Below, piece by piece: positions 21,533-31,179 of a stretch of 64,000 bases of DNA; position 1 is the stretch's first letter, and every line of letters starts with the position of its first letter. Below the pieces are notes generated by a model. It saw only the letters and a program-made list of their open reading frames with translations. It did no database searches and was not told the DNA's origin. Source of the DNA: an uncultured delta proteobacterium (GTDB lineage Bacteria > Desulfobacterota > RBG-13-43-22); the NCBI GenBank assembly GCA_963790475.1, contig CAWBOS010000010.1:1696001-1760000 (forward strand). Reading direction: 5' to 3'. The position numbers and the translations under genes are program-made.

Positions 21533-21562
21533 AAAATATCAATTATTCTCTGGAATTGTCAA
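21533..21562 (-). promoter_or_regulatory. Putative sigma70 promoter
   Basis: TTGACA-N18-TATTTT on the minus strand. Confidence 0.45.
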
Positions 21563-21799
21563 GTTTTTTCTGCCTATTCTGTTAATAATCTTGACTTATT
21601 TCGGATATTGGGTTCAAGGCTTCTATGAATCGGCCAAGATTTGAGCGGGGCAAAAAGAAGGAAAGCTCTATATCAGGAAGCATAAAGGATGCAATTCCCA
21701 TTGACGAAATCCACGGGAGACATTACTATCAAAACCTCGCCGAAAGCGAACAGGCTTCATAGGAAAACGAATATCTTAAAAAAGGAAGGATTACAAAAG

Positions 21800-22993
21800 A
21801 TGCTTAGACGTTCCACCATAACCTGGATATTTATTGCCGGGCTCATCCTCAGTCTGTTTTCGGTTTTATCAGTATCCGCCCAAACCAAAGAGGTTGCAGA
21901 AAAGGTTACGGCCAAAAATGATTACAGCCAGTCGTCCAACTGGTTGTGCCGGCCGGGAGGGCAGGATGCTTGCGCGGTTGATCAGGCCAGCACCATTATT
22001 GCAGCCGACGGCACCCTGACTCGGGAAGACTGGAAGGCCAACCCCGATCCGCCCATTGACTGTTTTTACGTTTACCCTACGGTATCCAACGATCCGACTC
22101 CGAACAGTGATATGATCGCCGGACCGGAAGAAAAAAGCGTAATTCAGCAACAATTTGCCCGGTTCGGCTCACAATGCCGGGTCTATGCCCCGCTCTATCG
22201 CCAAGTCACTCTGACCGCTCTTCGGGCCGGAATGACGGGAAAACCGATGGCGGTGGATATTAAGCTTCCCTATCAAGATGTTCTCGATGCCTGGAACTAT
22301 TACCTTCAGCACGACAATAAAGGGAGGGGCGTGGTTTTAATCGGTCACTCTCAAGGTTCGGGGGTCCTCAACTACCTCATTCAAAATGATATTGAAGGCA
22401 AGCCCATTCAGTCTCAAATCATTTCCGCCCTGCTGCTCGGTTCTCGGGTTCAGGTCCCGCCAAACAAAGACGTGGGTGGCACATTTAAAAAGATGCCTCT
22501 GTGTCGCAAGACCGGCGAGATCGGATGTATTATTACCTATGCCTCATTTCGATCTACGGTCCCGCCGCCGGGAAACAGCCGATTTGCTAAAGGCCAGGGC
22601 GATACGGTGGCGGCCTGTACCAATCCGGCGGCCCTCGGCGGCGGCAGCGGCGACCTGCATGCCTACCTGTCCTCCCGAGGCAGACCCGGTTCCCCTACGG
22701 AAACGTTCGCCTGGGTTACGCCCAAAAAGGAAATCCAGACGCCCTTTGTCAGTCTGCCCGGGATGCTCACCGGACAGTGTGTTTCCAATAAGCACGGATC
22801 GTATCTGGAAATTACCGTCCATGGCGACCCCAAGGATCCTCGGACTGATGATATTCCGGGAGATGTGGTGGTCGGAGGGCAGATTCAGGCCGATTGGGGC
22901 CTCCATTTGATCGATGTCAATCTGGCCATGGGCAATCTGATCGACATCGTAAAGCAGCAGACCAAAGTCTATCTGGAGTCAAAAAAGAAGTAA
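21800..22993 (+). CDS. Secreted DUF3089-family alpha/beta hydrolase (putative lipase)
   Basis: Signal peptide; DCFYVYPT, YAPLYRQ, GHSQG, WGLH.ID. Confidence 0.85.
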   Translation: MLRRSTITWIFIAGLILSLFSVLSVSAQTKEVAEKVTAKNDYSQSSNWLCRPGGQDACAVDQASTIIAADGTLTREDWKANPDPPIDCFYVYPTVSNDPTPNSDMIAGPEEKSVIQQQFARFGSQCRVYAPLYRQVTLTALRAGMTGKPMAVDIKLPYQDVLDAWNYYLQHDNKGRGVVLIGHSQGSGVLNYLIQNDIEGKPIQSQIISALLLGSRVQVPPNKDVGGTFKKMPLCRKTGEIGCIITYASFRSTVPPPGNSRFAKGQGDTVAACTNPAALGGGSGDLHAYLSSRGRPGSPTETFAWVTPKKEIQTPFVSLPGMLTGQCVSNKHGSYLEITVHGDPKDPRTDDIPGDVVVGGQIQADWGLHLIDVNLAMGNLIDIVKQQTKVYLESKKK

Positions 22994-23113
22994 AAGAGGA
23001 AGACAGATTGTCTTGCCTTTCTTCAGGATGAGTTGATTCTGGGGGGGATTTTAAGATGACTCGTGTTTTAGAAATTTTCTTGACTTAAGCTTATTTATCC
23101 GTACAATGTACAT

Positions 23114-23383
23114 ATGATCCAGTTAAGGTTTGAGTGGGACAAGAAGAAAGAAAAGATCAATATCAGAAAGCATGGCATTTCCTTTGATGAAGCACGCACG
23201 GTCTTTTATGACGAGAAGGCTATCCAATTTTTTGATCCCGAACATTTGGAGGATGAGGACCGTTTTCTTCTTCTTGGCATAAGTTCTAAATTGCGGATTC
23301 TTATCGTTTGCCATTGTTTTCGGGAAAGCGAAACGGTCATTCGGCTTTTCTCGGCAAGGAAAGCGGACCAGGAAGAAGAATAG
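23114..23383 (+). CDS. BrnT-family toxin (possibly truncated by a premature TAG)
   Basis: FEWD..K...N..KHGISF.EA..VF, EDRF, IR.FSARKA. Confidence 0.9.
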   Translation: MIQLRFEWDKKKEKINIRKHGISFDEARTVFYDEKAIQFFDPEHLEDEDRFLLLGISSKLRILIVCHCFRESETVIRLFSARKADQEEE

Positions 23384-23403
23384 GAATATTGGAGGCGAAG
23401 GAG

Positions 23404-23622
23404 ATGAAAGACCATTATGATTTTTCCAAAATGAAAGGGCGTAAAAACCCCTATATCAAATACCTGAAGCAACCGGTCACTATGCGGTTAGACAGTGAAA
23501 CCATTGCCTACTTCAAGTCGATTGCCGAGGAAACGGGCATTCCCTATCAAAGCTTGATCAATTTCTATCTCCGCGATTGTGCAGTCCACCGTCGCAAATT
23601 GGAAATGAATTGGGTTGGTTGA
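23404..23622 (+). CDS. BrnA-like antitoxin (RHH)
   Basis: MKDHYDFSK..KNPY..KQPVTMRLD..YFK..GIPYQSLIN. Confidence 0.88.
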   Translation: MKDHYDFSKMKGRKNPYIKYLKQPVTMRLDSETIAYFKSIAEETGIPYQSLINFYLRDCAVHRRKLEMNWVG

Positions 23623-23720
23623 CCTGAACATTTGTCGGCCAGTGCCGAGAATAAGTATTCCTCCCACGCATCTCCCTGAAGCGCTACCGCAAAGATCTCT
23701 TTAGGTTCTTCCTCCTCACT

Positions 23721-24569
23721 TTAAACCGGCAGACCCAGCACCTTGGCCGGATTGTGCCTAACCATTTTGATGATCTCGTCTTCGGTAAGGCCATAAAGGA
23801 TCATGGTCTCGATAAACATTCGCATCCCTTCGACCGGAGGAGGATTGACGATCTGCCCAAAGTCGGTCGACATGATGCAGTTCTCCGCCCCTACGGCCCT
23901 GATGGCCTCGGCCATTTTGGCCGGATCTAACCTGCCGGTGGTAGGCATGGTTCCGACAAAGCAATGCTCAATCAAGGCCCCTTCCTCGACCATCCTTTTC
24001 TGTTCTTCGATAGTTGCGTTGCACCCGACAGAGACGGAAAGGGGATGGGTGATGATGGTTCGTGGCACCCCCACCACCTTTACCTCCCTTAAAAGGGCGA
24101 AAATTTCCGGTGTGGATATATGTCCGGTCGCCAGAGTCATATCATATTTTTTAATGAATTTCAGGATCTCCGTCACGGCGGGGAGGAGTTCCCCCTTACC
24201 ATCCAGAAGGGATATCCCCTTTCCCATAATCCCACGCCTCTCCAGGTCGCATCGTGATGTAAAAGTTGGCATCCAGACCATTTTTGTCCCGATCCTTCCG
24301 GCCGCCTTGACCGCAATAGGATTGAGACCCCCCACATCCTCATCCAAGGCCAGGCCGCCGAAAAGTTCGATTTCCGGCACGAACTGCCGGATAATGGTGG
24401 TCATAGGTGTGGTGACATAATGATGGCTTTTCAAAACGATCCCTCGCATCCCCGCCTCCCGGGCCTGGATGGCCGCTTCGTAAGCTGTTACCCGGCGGCG
24501 ACGAATCGGATCGGGCCCGACATGGATGTGGATATCGATAGCCCCTTTCATGAGTTCCGTAGCTTCCAT
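23721..24569 (-). CDS. TIM-barrel metallo-amidohydrolase (DUF6282/phosphotriesterase-like)
   Basis: DIHIH, LKSHH, VWMPT, LATGH, ITHP, STDFGQ, NPAKVLG. Confidence 0.8.
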   Translation of the reverse strand: MEATELMKGAIDIHIHVGPDPIRRRRVTAYEAAIQAREAGMRGIVLKSHHYVTTPMTTIIRQFVPEIELFGGLALDEDVGGLNPIAVKAAGRIGTKMVWMPTFTSRCDLERRGIMGKGISLLDGKGELLPAVTEILKFIKKYDMTLATGHISTPEIFALLREVKVVGVPRTIITHPLSVSVGCNATIEEQKRMVEEGALIEHCFVGTMPTTGRLDPAKMAEAIRAVGAENCIMSTDFGQIVNPPPVEGMRMFIETMILYGLTEDEIIKMVRHNPAKVLGLPV

Positions 24570-24597
24570 ATTTTTTCCTTAGAAAAAATCCCCCTTT

Positions 24598-25491
24598 TCA
24601 AACCGGACAACCAATGGACTCGGCAAATTCAAGCATCTCCCTGGCCATCTTGACCATGGCATAATCGATCATGTCTCCCTGATAGATGACCGCCGCACTC
24701 CCCTGCTTTTCAGCCGTTTCGAAGGTCTCGATCAGACCTTTAAAAAAGGCGACTTCCTGGGCCGAAGGGGTGAAGACCTCGTTGACAATGGGCACATGGG
24801 TGGGGTGCATCACGGTTTGCCCTCTGAATCCCAGGCTTCGGTTAAAAATGGCATCCCTTCTCAGACCCTCTGTGTCCTTGATATCCCACCAGGAACTGAC
24901 CGTTGGATAGGGAATTCCTGCAGCCCGGGCCTCCAATACCGCTTTGGAACGGAGATAGAGCGTTTCCGTCCCTTCCTTGGACCATATATAACCCATAGAC
25001 CTGCTGGCGTCGCCACCCGGTCCGCAGGCCAGGGAAAGGCCGGTTACTCTGGCACAGGAGGTGACAATATCATAAGCATTCCGCAGGGCCTTGGCCGTTT
25101 CTATGCCCAGGGAAGTATTGATCGTGCCAATGGCAACATTGTGCCGCCTTTCCAAAAGGGTCAGCATAGTATCCAAAGTCTTCATATCCTCCACCGTTTC
25201 CACTTTGGGCAAAGCGACCCCGTTAAGCTCCGGGCAGATCACGGCCTCCAGGTCATCAAAGGTCAATCCGGTGACAAAGCCGTTGACCCGGACATTGCAA
25301 ACCTGACCCTGGGCTGAAAGGGACTTTAAAGCCGCCTTGACTAAAGGCCTGGCGGCCACCTTTTCATTATCCGGAACAGAATCTTCCAGGTCGAGAATCA
25401 GTACATCAGCACCGTATTTGACGGCCTTTTCCATCCAGGCGGGTTTATGGCCGGGCACAAAAAGCAGTGAACGGGTTGGTTTCATCTTCAT
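24598..25491 (-). CDS. CitE/HpcH-family CoA-ester lyase (malyl-/citramalyl-CoA lyase-like)
   Basis: RSLLFVPG, ILDLEDSV, LPKVE, IETA, LGFRG..MHP, MID. Confidence 0.88.
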   Translation of the reverse strand: MKMKPTRSLLFVPGHKPAWMEKAVKYGADVLILDLEDSVPDNEKVAARPLVKAALKSLSAQGQVCNVRVNGFVTGLTFDDLEAVICPELNGVALPKVETVEDMKTLDTMLTLLERRHNVAIGTINTSLGIETAKALRNAYDIVTSCARVTGLSLACGPGGDASRSMGYIWSKEGTETLYLRSKAVLEARAAGIPYPTVSSWWDIKDTEGLRRDAIFNRSLGFRGQTVMHPTHVPIVNEVFTPSAQEVAFFKGLIETFETAEKQGSAAVIYQGDMIDYAMVKMAREMLEFAESIGCPV

Positions 25492-25504
25492 CCCTCCTAA
25501 AAAA

Positions 25505-25620
25505 TAGGTATAAGGTTTAAGGTAGATTCACACCCCCTCCACTTTATGCCTTATACCATAAACCTTATACCTTATACCTTATACCTCATTCCGTATACCT
25601 TGTACCTCATACCGTAAACC
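25505..25620. repeat. Heptamer tandem repeat (TATACCT-type, about 11 units) with a short inverted arm
   Basis: AGGTATA-AGGTTTA-AGG facing TATGCCT-TATACCA-TAAACCT-TATACCT x3... Confidence 0.85.
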
Positions 25621-25628
25621 GAATTGTT

Positions 25629-26795
25629 TTATGAAAGCAGCTCCCTGGAAATGACCATCCGGTGGACTTCTGATGGCCCTTCCCCGATTCGACGGGTCCT
25701 CAATTCCCGGTACCACCGCTCCAGGGGCAATTCTTTGGCCAGCCCCATGCCGCCGTGAATTTGAATGGCCCGATCCACGACATTGATGGATACTTCACTG
25801 GCCATAAGCTTGGCCATGGAGGATTCGATTTCAAAGGGCTTGTTTTCCGCCCGGCAGCGGGCGGCATTGTAGACGACCAATCGGGCGGCATGAAGTTCAA
25901 CAGCGGAATCGGCCAGCATCCATTGAACCGCCTGCCTCTGGGAAAGAGGTTTTCCAAAGGTCTCTCTGATTTTGCTGTATTCAATAGCCATCTCCAGGGA
26001 CTCCTGGGCCACTCCCACACATTGGCCGGCGTAAGGAATACGGTTCTGGGTGAGAAGGGATTTTACCAGATCGAAGCCTCCGCCCTTTTCCCCCAGCATC
26101 TGCTCTTCAGAAACCAGACAATCTTCAAAGATGAGTTCAAAAGGGGCCTCCGGTCTGATAACCGGAATAGGATTGCTGATGGTATATCCGGGCGTTCCGG
26201 TTTCCACTATAAAGCAGGTGATCTCTCCTCGAATCCCGATAGGGCCGTCATCCGTCCGGACAAATACCGTTGCAAAATCCGAAACCTTGGCATGGGAAAT
26301 CCATATCTTATTTCCATTAATCACCCATCCCTTATTGGTTTTTTTAGCCCGGGTGCGGATGGCCCGGGCCGGGTCCGATCCTCCGGAAGGTTCGGTGATG
26401 GCAAAACAGCCGCGCATGGTCGATTGGACACAGGGCTTCAGGTATTTTTCTTTCTGGGCTTCGGTTCCCGCATAGAGAATAGGGATAATGGGATGGCCGA
26501 AGGCCTCGCAACCGGCGTTATACAATCCTTGGCGGTGCTTGGATACCTCCTCCATAAAAATAGTATTGGAGAAAAAATCCAGACCCGCCCCGCCGTATTC
26601 CTCGGGAGCGGAAGGCTGATACATGCCCATGGCCCTGGTCTTTTTCTGAAGCCTTGAAACCACTTCGTCCGGAAGCTTGATAGCGTCCGGGTCCTGGGTC
26701 TGTTCTTCGGGAATGATCTCGTTCTTAACAAACTTACGGACCGTGGATTGAAGCATCTTGAGCTCATCAGAAAGTCCATAATCATGACTAATCAT
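25629..26795 (-). CDS. Acyl-CoA dehydrogenase
   Basis: PEEYGG, FAITEPSGGSD, NGNKIWIS, RETFGKPL, QIHGGMG, RIGEGPSEV. Confidence 0.94.
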   Translation of the reverse strand: MISHDYGLSDELKMLQSTVRKFVKNEIIPEEQTQDPDAIKLPDEVVSRLQKKTRAMGMYQPSAPEEYGGAGLDFFSNTIFMEEVSKHRQGLYNAGCEAFGHPIIPILYAGTEAQKEKYLKPCVQSTMRGCFAITEPSGGSDPARAIRTRAKKTNKGWVINGNKIWISHAKVSDFATVFVRTDDGPIGIRGEITCFIVETGTPGYTISNPIPVIRPEAPFELIFEDCLVSEEQMLGEKGGGFDLVKSLLTQNRIPYAGQCVGVAQESLEMAIEYSKIRETFGKPLSQRQAVQWMLADSAVELHAARLVVYNAARCRAENKPFEIESSMAKLMASEVSINVVDRAIQIHGGMGLAKELPLERWYRELRTRRIGEGPSEVHRMVISRELLS

Positions 26796-26831
26796 TGTTG
26801 TCTCCTTTCTAAATGCCAACCTAAGGGATTT

Positions 26832-26986
26832 GATGGTCTCGTAAAAAAATCACTGCACCCCGAGTTAAGTCATTACGGTCCCGCATCAAGTGTGGGGTAG
26901 ACTCCAGCCGAATCCAGTATTAAAAAGTAGTCATGATTCTTCTGGACCCCGGCTTTCGCCGGGGAGACGATTTTTTACGAGTCATC
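26832..26986. mobile_element. MITE/REP-like element with terminal inverted repeats
   Basis: GATGGTCTCGTAAAAAA ... TTTTTTACGAGTCATC with internal palindrome CCCCGGCTTTCGCCGGGG. Confidence 0.65.
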
Positions 26987-27004
26987 CTATTTGAATTAAA
27001 TATT

Positions 27005-27049
27005 TTATCAGTTATCGTTTCTCGTTTTATCGAACAACTAGCAACGAAC
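27005..27049. repeat. Degenerate inverted heptamer repeats
   Basis: TTATCAG-TTATCGT-TTCTCGT ... AACAACT-AGCAACG. Confidence 0.4.
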
Positions 27050-27118
27050 TTTCCCTTGCTTTTAAAAGTGTTTACCCTCTAGATAACTCCCCAAATTATA
27101 CAATCTGAATGCCTAAAA

Positions 27119-27892
27119 TTATCGTCCTTTGTAAGCAGGTTTCCGTTTTTCCGCAAAGGCCCGCGGGCCCTCTTTGGCATCCTCGGTTGTTCTAAGAAAT
27201 TCCTGAAAGGCGGTTTCCAAACGGATACCATCTTCCAGGGGAATACTCTGAGACCGGACGGCTAACTCTTTCACGGCCCGTAAGGCCAGAGGTCCATTCT
27301 CGCAAAGTCGCCGGGCGTAATCCTCGGCGGTGGTCATGAGGTCTTTCAGAGGAACGACCTTATTGATCAAACCAAAAGCCAACGCCTCCTGGGCAGTCAA
27401 CCGACGTCCCAGGAGCAGCATTTCCATGGCCACGGCATAGGGGAGTTGTTTTAAAGCCCTTTGCGTGCCGCCATTGCCCGGCAGGATCCCTCGTTTGACT
27501 TCGGATATCTCAAAGACCGCCTTTTCAGCGGCAATGCGAATATCGGTCGCAAAAAGCAGGGTCATCCCTCCGGCCAGGCAGTACCCGTTTACGGCCGCGA
27601 TGATGGGTTTCCAAACCTCCAAACCGCGGTTCAGGATCATGTCTTTTTGGGTCAAGAAAAAATCGGCCTTTCCACGTTCTTGCGGAATAGCGGTCTTCAG
27701 GTCGGCTCCGGCCGTGAATGCCTTCTCGCCCGCGCCGGTAATAATGGCCACCCATATATCCGGGTTGTCGCGCACCTCGATCCAGGCCTGGGAAAGTAAA
27801 GCATAGACTTCCGGATCCATGGCATTCATGGCCTCCGGTCTGTTAATAGTAATGAAGGCTATCCGGTCCTTGACTTCGTAGTTCAGTTTCAT
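27119..27892 (-). CDS. Enoyl-CoA hydratase/isomerase (crotonase)
   Basis: NRPEAMNA, AFTAGADLK, AAVNGYCLAGG, EVKRG, EGPRAFAEKRKP. Confidence 0.94.
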   Translation of the reverse strand: MKLNYEVKDRIAFITINRPEAMNAMDPEVYALLSQAWIEVRDNPDIWVAIITGAGEKAFTAGADLKTAIPQERGKADFFLTQKDMILNRGLEVWKPIIAAVNGYCLAGGMTLLFATDIRIAAEKAVFEISEVKRGILPGNGGTQRALKQLPYAVAMEMLLLGRRLTAQEALAFGLINKVVPLKDLMTTAEDYARRLCENGPLALRAVKELAVRSQSIPLEDGIRLETAFQEFLRTTEDAKEGPRAFAEKRKPAYKGR

Positions 27893-28115
27893 AACGGTTC
27901 TCCCTTAACGAGGGTTAAAAATAAATTTTATTATCCCCGCCTCTATCCTCCCCTTTTCATCCTGGCTAAATTTAAACTGCATGATATTATTTGTCAATTC
28001 TATTTGATCTATTGAACTAAAGATGATAATATTATATAAATATAAGGAATGCCACCAAGAAATTTCGCGGGTTCATTTGCGTTAAATTATTAAAGAAGGT
28101 ATTGAGGGTAAATTT

Positions 28116-29447
28116 ATGCCGACGAAAGATGATTTGAAAGCCAGGGTTTGCGAGGAGATCGATCGCAGGAAGGATAAAATTATTAAAACAGCGCTGCATA
28201 TCCTGGAAAATCCTGAGACCGGTTTCCGGGAGATAAAAACATCTCGTCTGGTGGGAGAAAAATTCAAAGAGTTGGGGATAAGCCATAGAGAAGGATTAGC
28301 CTTGACCGGTTTAAAAGGATCCATATCCGGAAAGGGTGCGGGACCATCCGTGGCCATTCTGGGAGAACTGGACTCCCTGATCATACCCGATCACCCGAAA
28401 GCGGACTTAAAAACCGGGGCGGCTCACGCCTGCGGCCATCATGCCCAGATAGGCGCGATGATCGGAGCGGCCGTGGGTTTCAGGTATTCGGGCGTGATGC
28501 CCTATCTTAGCGGCAAGGTGGTTTTTATGGCGGTTCCGGCCGAAGAGTATATTGAAATCAGTTTCCGGAACCGTTTACGAAAAGAAGGGGAAATCTCTTA
28601 TTTGGCCGGCAAGCAGGAGTTGATCAAGTTGGGGGAATTTGATGACATCGATTTGGCCATGATGACTCATAACCATAGTAATCCAAGAGGAAAGAAACTG
28701 GGAGTGGGCGGTACCAGTAACGGTATGCTGGCCAAACAGATTCAATTCCTTGGACGAGGGGCCCATGCCGGCGCGGCCCCCCATCAGGGCATCAACGCCC
28801 TGAACGCCGCCATGATCGCCCTTTCGGCCATTCACACCCAGCGGGAAACCTTCCGGGAAAGAGACGCCATCAGGATACACCCCATTATTACCAAAGGCGG
28901 CGAGGCCGTGAATATTGTGCCCTCCGATGTGCGAATGGAGACCTATGTCCGTGGTAAAACACTGGAAGCCATAAAAAATGCTAACGACAAAGTGGACCGC
29001 TGTCTGCGGGCCGGCGCCTTGGCGGTGGGGGGAAAGGTCCACATTACCACGCTTCCCGGATATTCTCCTATGATAAACGATCCTCTCCTGCAGGAAGTCT
29101 ACAAAGGAAATGCCATTTCTTTGGTGGGAGAGGACGAAGTCGGAGATACGGTCGGACATAACACCGGATCTACTGATATGGGGGACATCAGTCAGATCAT
29201 GCCGGCCATTCATCCTTACGCCGGCGGGGCCATAGGGTTAAGTCATGGGAATGATTTTATGATAAATGACTATGAACTCGGGGTCATTATTCCGGCGAAG
29301 GCCATGGCTATGACGGTCATAGACCTTCTGGCCGATGACGCCGTTAAAGGAAAAGAAATACTGGCCAAAAGCAAACCTCCACTCACCAGAGAACAATATC
29401 TGGCCCTGATGGACAGTTTATTGAAAGAGGAGGAATACGACAGTTAG
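28116..29447 (+). CDS. M20-family amidohydrolase
   Basis: NPETGFRE, GELD, HACGH, PAEE, GRGAHAG, GSTDMGD. Confidence 0.9.
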   Translation: MPTKDDLKARVCEEIDRRKDKIIKTALHILENPETGFREIKTSRLVGEKFKELGISHREGLALTGLKGSISGKGAGPSVAILGELDSLIIPDHPKADLKTGAAHACGHHAQIGAMIGAAVGFRYSGVMPYLSGKVVFMAVPAEEYIEISFRNRLRKEGEISYLAGKQELIKLGEFDDIDLAMMTHNHSNPRGKKLGVGGTSNGMLAKQIQFLGRGAHAGAAPHQGINALNAAMIALSAIHTQRETFRERDAIRIHPIITKGGEAVNIVPSDVRMETYVRGKTLEAIKNANDKVDRCLRAGALAVGGKVHITTLPGYSPMINDPLLQEVYKGNAISLVGEDEVGDTVGHNTGSTDMGDISQIMPAIHPYAGGAIGLSHGNDFMINDYELGVIIPAKAMAMTVIDLLADDAVKGKEILAKSKPPLTREQYLALMDSLLKEEEYDS

Positions 29448-29453
29448 TTTCCA

Positions 29454-29726
29454 TTGGGTGCAGCCCTGACCCTTAACACCTCGATCAGGGCACGTTACTA
29501 CGGGCGTAAGGCCTTCGGGACTATTCAGGGAATGTCTTCGTTGTTCCTGACTCCGGTGGGAGTGGCAGTCCCCATCTACGCCGGCTGGGTATATGACTCC
29601 ACGGGCGCCTATACCAGCGCTTTCTGGTTGTTTACCATACTCTTAGCGGTTTCATCGGCCATATTACCCTTTGTCCGCCCCCCTAAGGCGCCGGCAATAA
29701 TAACCGATATTAACGCCAATGCCTGA
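29454..29726 (+). pseudogene. MFS transporter C-terminal fragment
   Basis: RYYGRKAFGTIQG...PIYAGWVYDSTGAY..AF, i.e. only the last TM helices. Confidence 0.65.
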
Positions 29727-29754
29727 ACTTAAGAAGGGCTTCTGAAAAAACTGG

Positions 29755-29950
29755 GACGCCACGGGTGGGCATGACCGTAATATCCGCTCCCGCGGAAAAG
29801 ACCTCCTTTCCGGCACCCCGAAGTATCACCACCCTTATGGCCTGATCATGAGCAAGATCGTCAAAAGTTTGTGCGATATCAAAAAGACAATCCGGCGTCA
29901 GGGCATTGCGTTTGTCCTCGTTCTTGATGGTCAAGGTAAATATTTTTTTT
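29755..29950 (-). pseudogene. Enoyl-CoA hydratase N-terminal fragment
   Basis: TLTIKNEDKRNALT...RVVILRGAGKEVFSAGADI. Confidence 0.7.
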
Positions 29951-30049
29951 TTGACGAAGACGGGGAGAAAGGCTACATTGTAAATATTAATGTAATGTCT
30001 CGCCGTTTCCGAAAAAAAATAGCGATTTTCGAAAAAGAAGGAGAAATCG

Positions 30050-31033
30050 ATGAAACGAATGTGGGGTGGTATTTTTTTGGCGACCTTTATCCTCATGACC
30101 GTATCCGGGAATTTGTCATTTGCCGCTCAGACCATTAACCTCAAGCTGGGTCACGCCGTGGCCCCCGAGCATCCCTATCATCTGGGGGCGATGAAATTCG
30201 CGGAACTCGTGGCCCAAAAGACCGGCAATAGAGTGAAGATTGACGTCTATCCTTCCACCCAGCTTGGTAACGAACGTGATATGGTTGAAGGGCTTCAATT
30301 AGGGACAATCGACCTGGTCGTGACTTCTACCGGTCCTTTGGGCGGGTTTGTTCCTAAAATGTTCGTAGTGGACCTGCCTTTCCTTTTTCGTGATCGGGAA
30401 CATGCCTATAAAGTCCTTGATGGTCCGATCGGCCGGGGGCTTCTTGATGCCTTTGCCGCCAAGGGGATCAAGGGCCTGGCCTTCTGGGAGAACGGGTTTC
30501 GCCAGATCACCAACAACGTCCGTCCCATTGAGAAACCCGAAGACCTGAAAGGGATCAAGATCCGAACCATGGAAAATAAGGTCCATCTCGCGGCCTTCAG
30601 GGCCTTTGGGGCCAGCCCCACGCCCATGGCCTGGAGCGAGGTCTATACCGCCCTGCAACAGAAGACCATCGACGGACAGGAAAATCCGATAGCCATCATT
30701 TACCATCAAAAGATTTATGAAGTTCAGAAGTATCTGGCACTCACCGGTCATTTTTATTCCCCCACCCCGCTTTTGATGAGTTTAAAGGTGTTCAACGCGC
30801 TGCCCAAGGACATTCAGAAAATAATGCTGGACACCGCGCTGGAATGCGCGACTTATGAGCGCAATCTCCTTCGAGACTCCGAGGCCAAGCAACTGGCCGA
30901 GATTAAGGCCAAAGGCGTACAGGTGACCATACCCAACAAGAAGCCTTTCCAGGAGGCTGCCGCCCCCGTCTATAAGGAATTCAGAGACCAATTCGGCAAA
31001 GAAATAATTGAGAGGATCATCAACACGCGTTAG
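30050..31033 (+). CDS. dctP: TRAP transporter substrate-binding protein
   Basis: Signal peptide; QLGNE, WENGFR, DLKGIKIR, EVYTALQQ..DGQENP. Confidence 0.95.
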   Translation: MKRMWGGIFLATFILMTVSGNLSFAAQTINLKLGHAVAPEHPYHLGAMKFAELVAQKTGNRVKIDVYPSTQLGNERDMVEGLQLGTIDLVVTSTGPLGGFVPKMFVVDLPFLFRDREHAYKVLDGPIGRGLLDAFAAKGIKGLAFWENGFRQITNNVRPIEKPEDLKGIKIRTMENKVHLAAFRAFGASPTPMAWSEVYTALQQKTIDGQENPIAIIYHQKIYEVQKYLALTGHFYSPTPLLMSLKVFNALPKDIQKIMLDTALECATYERNLLRDSEAKQLAEIKAKGVQVTIPNKKPFQEAAAPVYKEFRDQFGKEIIERIINTR

Positions 31034-31046
31034 TAAAAAAAGAAAT

Positions 31047-31109
31047 GAACATAGAGCATAGGGCAAAGGGCAAAAGGCGTGAGGCACGAGGCACGAGGCG
31101 AGAGACGAA
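31047..31109. repeat. Heptamer tandem repeat (9 degenerate units) between dctP and dctQ
   Basis: GAACATA GAGCATA GGGCAAA GGGCAAA AGGCGTG AGGCACG AGGCACG AGGCGAG AGACGAA. Confidence 0.75.
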
Positions 31110-31179
31110 ACCCTCAGAAAAACTAACTGGCAGAAAAGCCCTGCGCTTAATCAGACTGCGGGGGAATTGCGATAAATAA

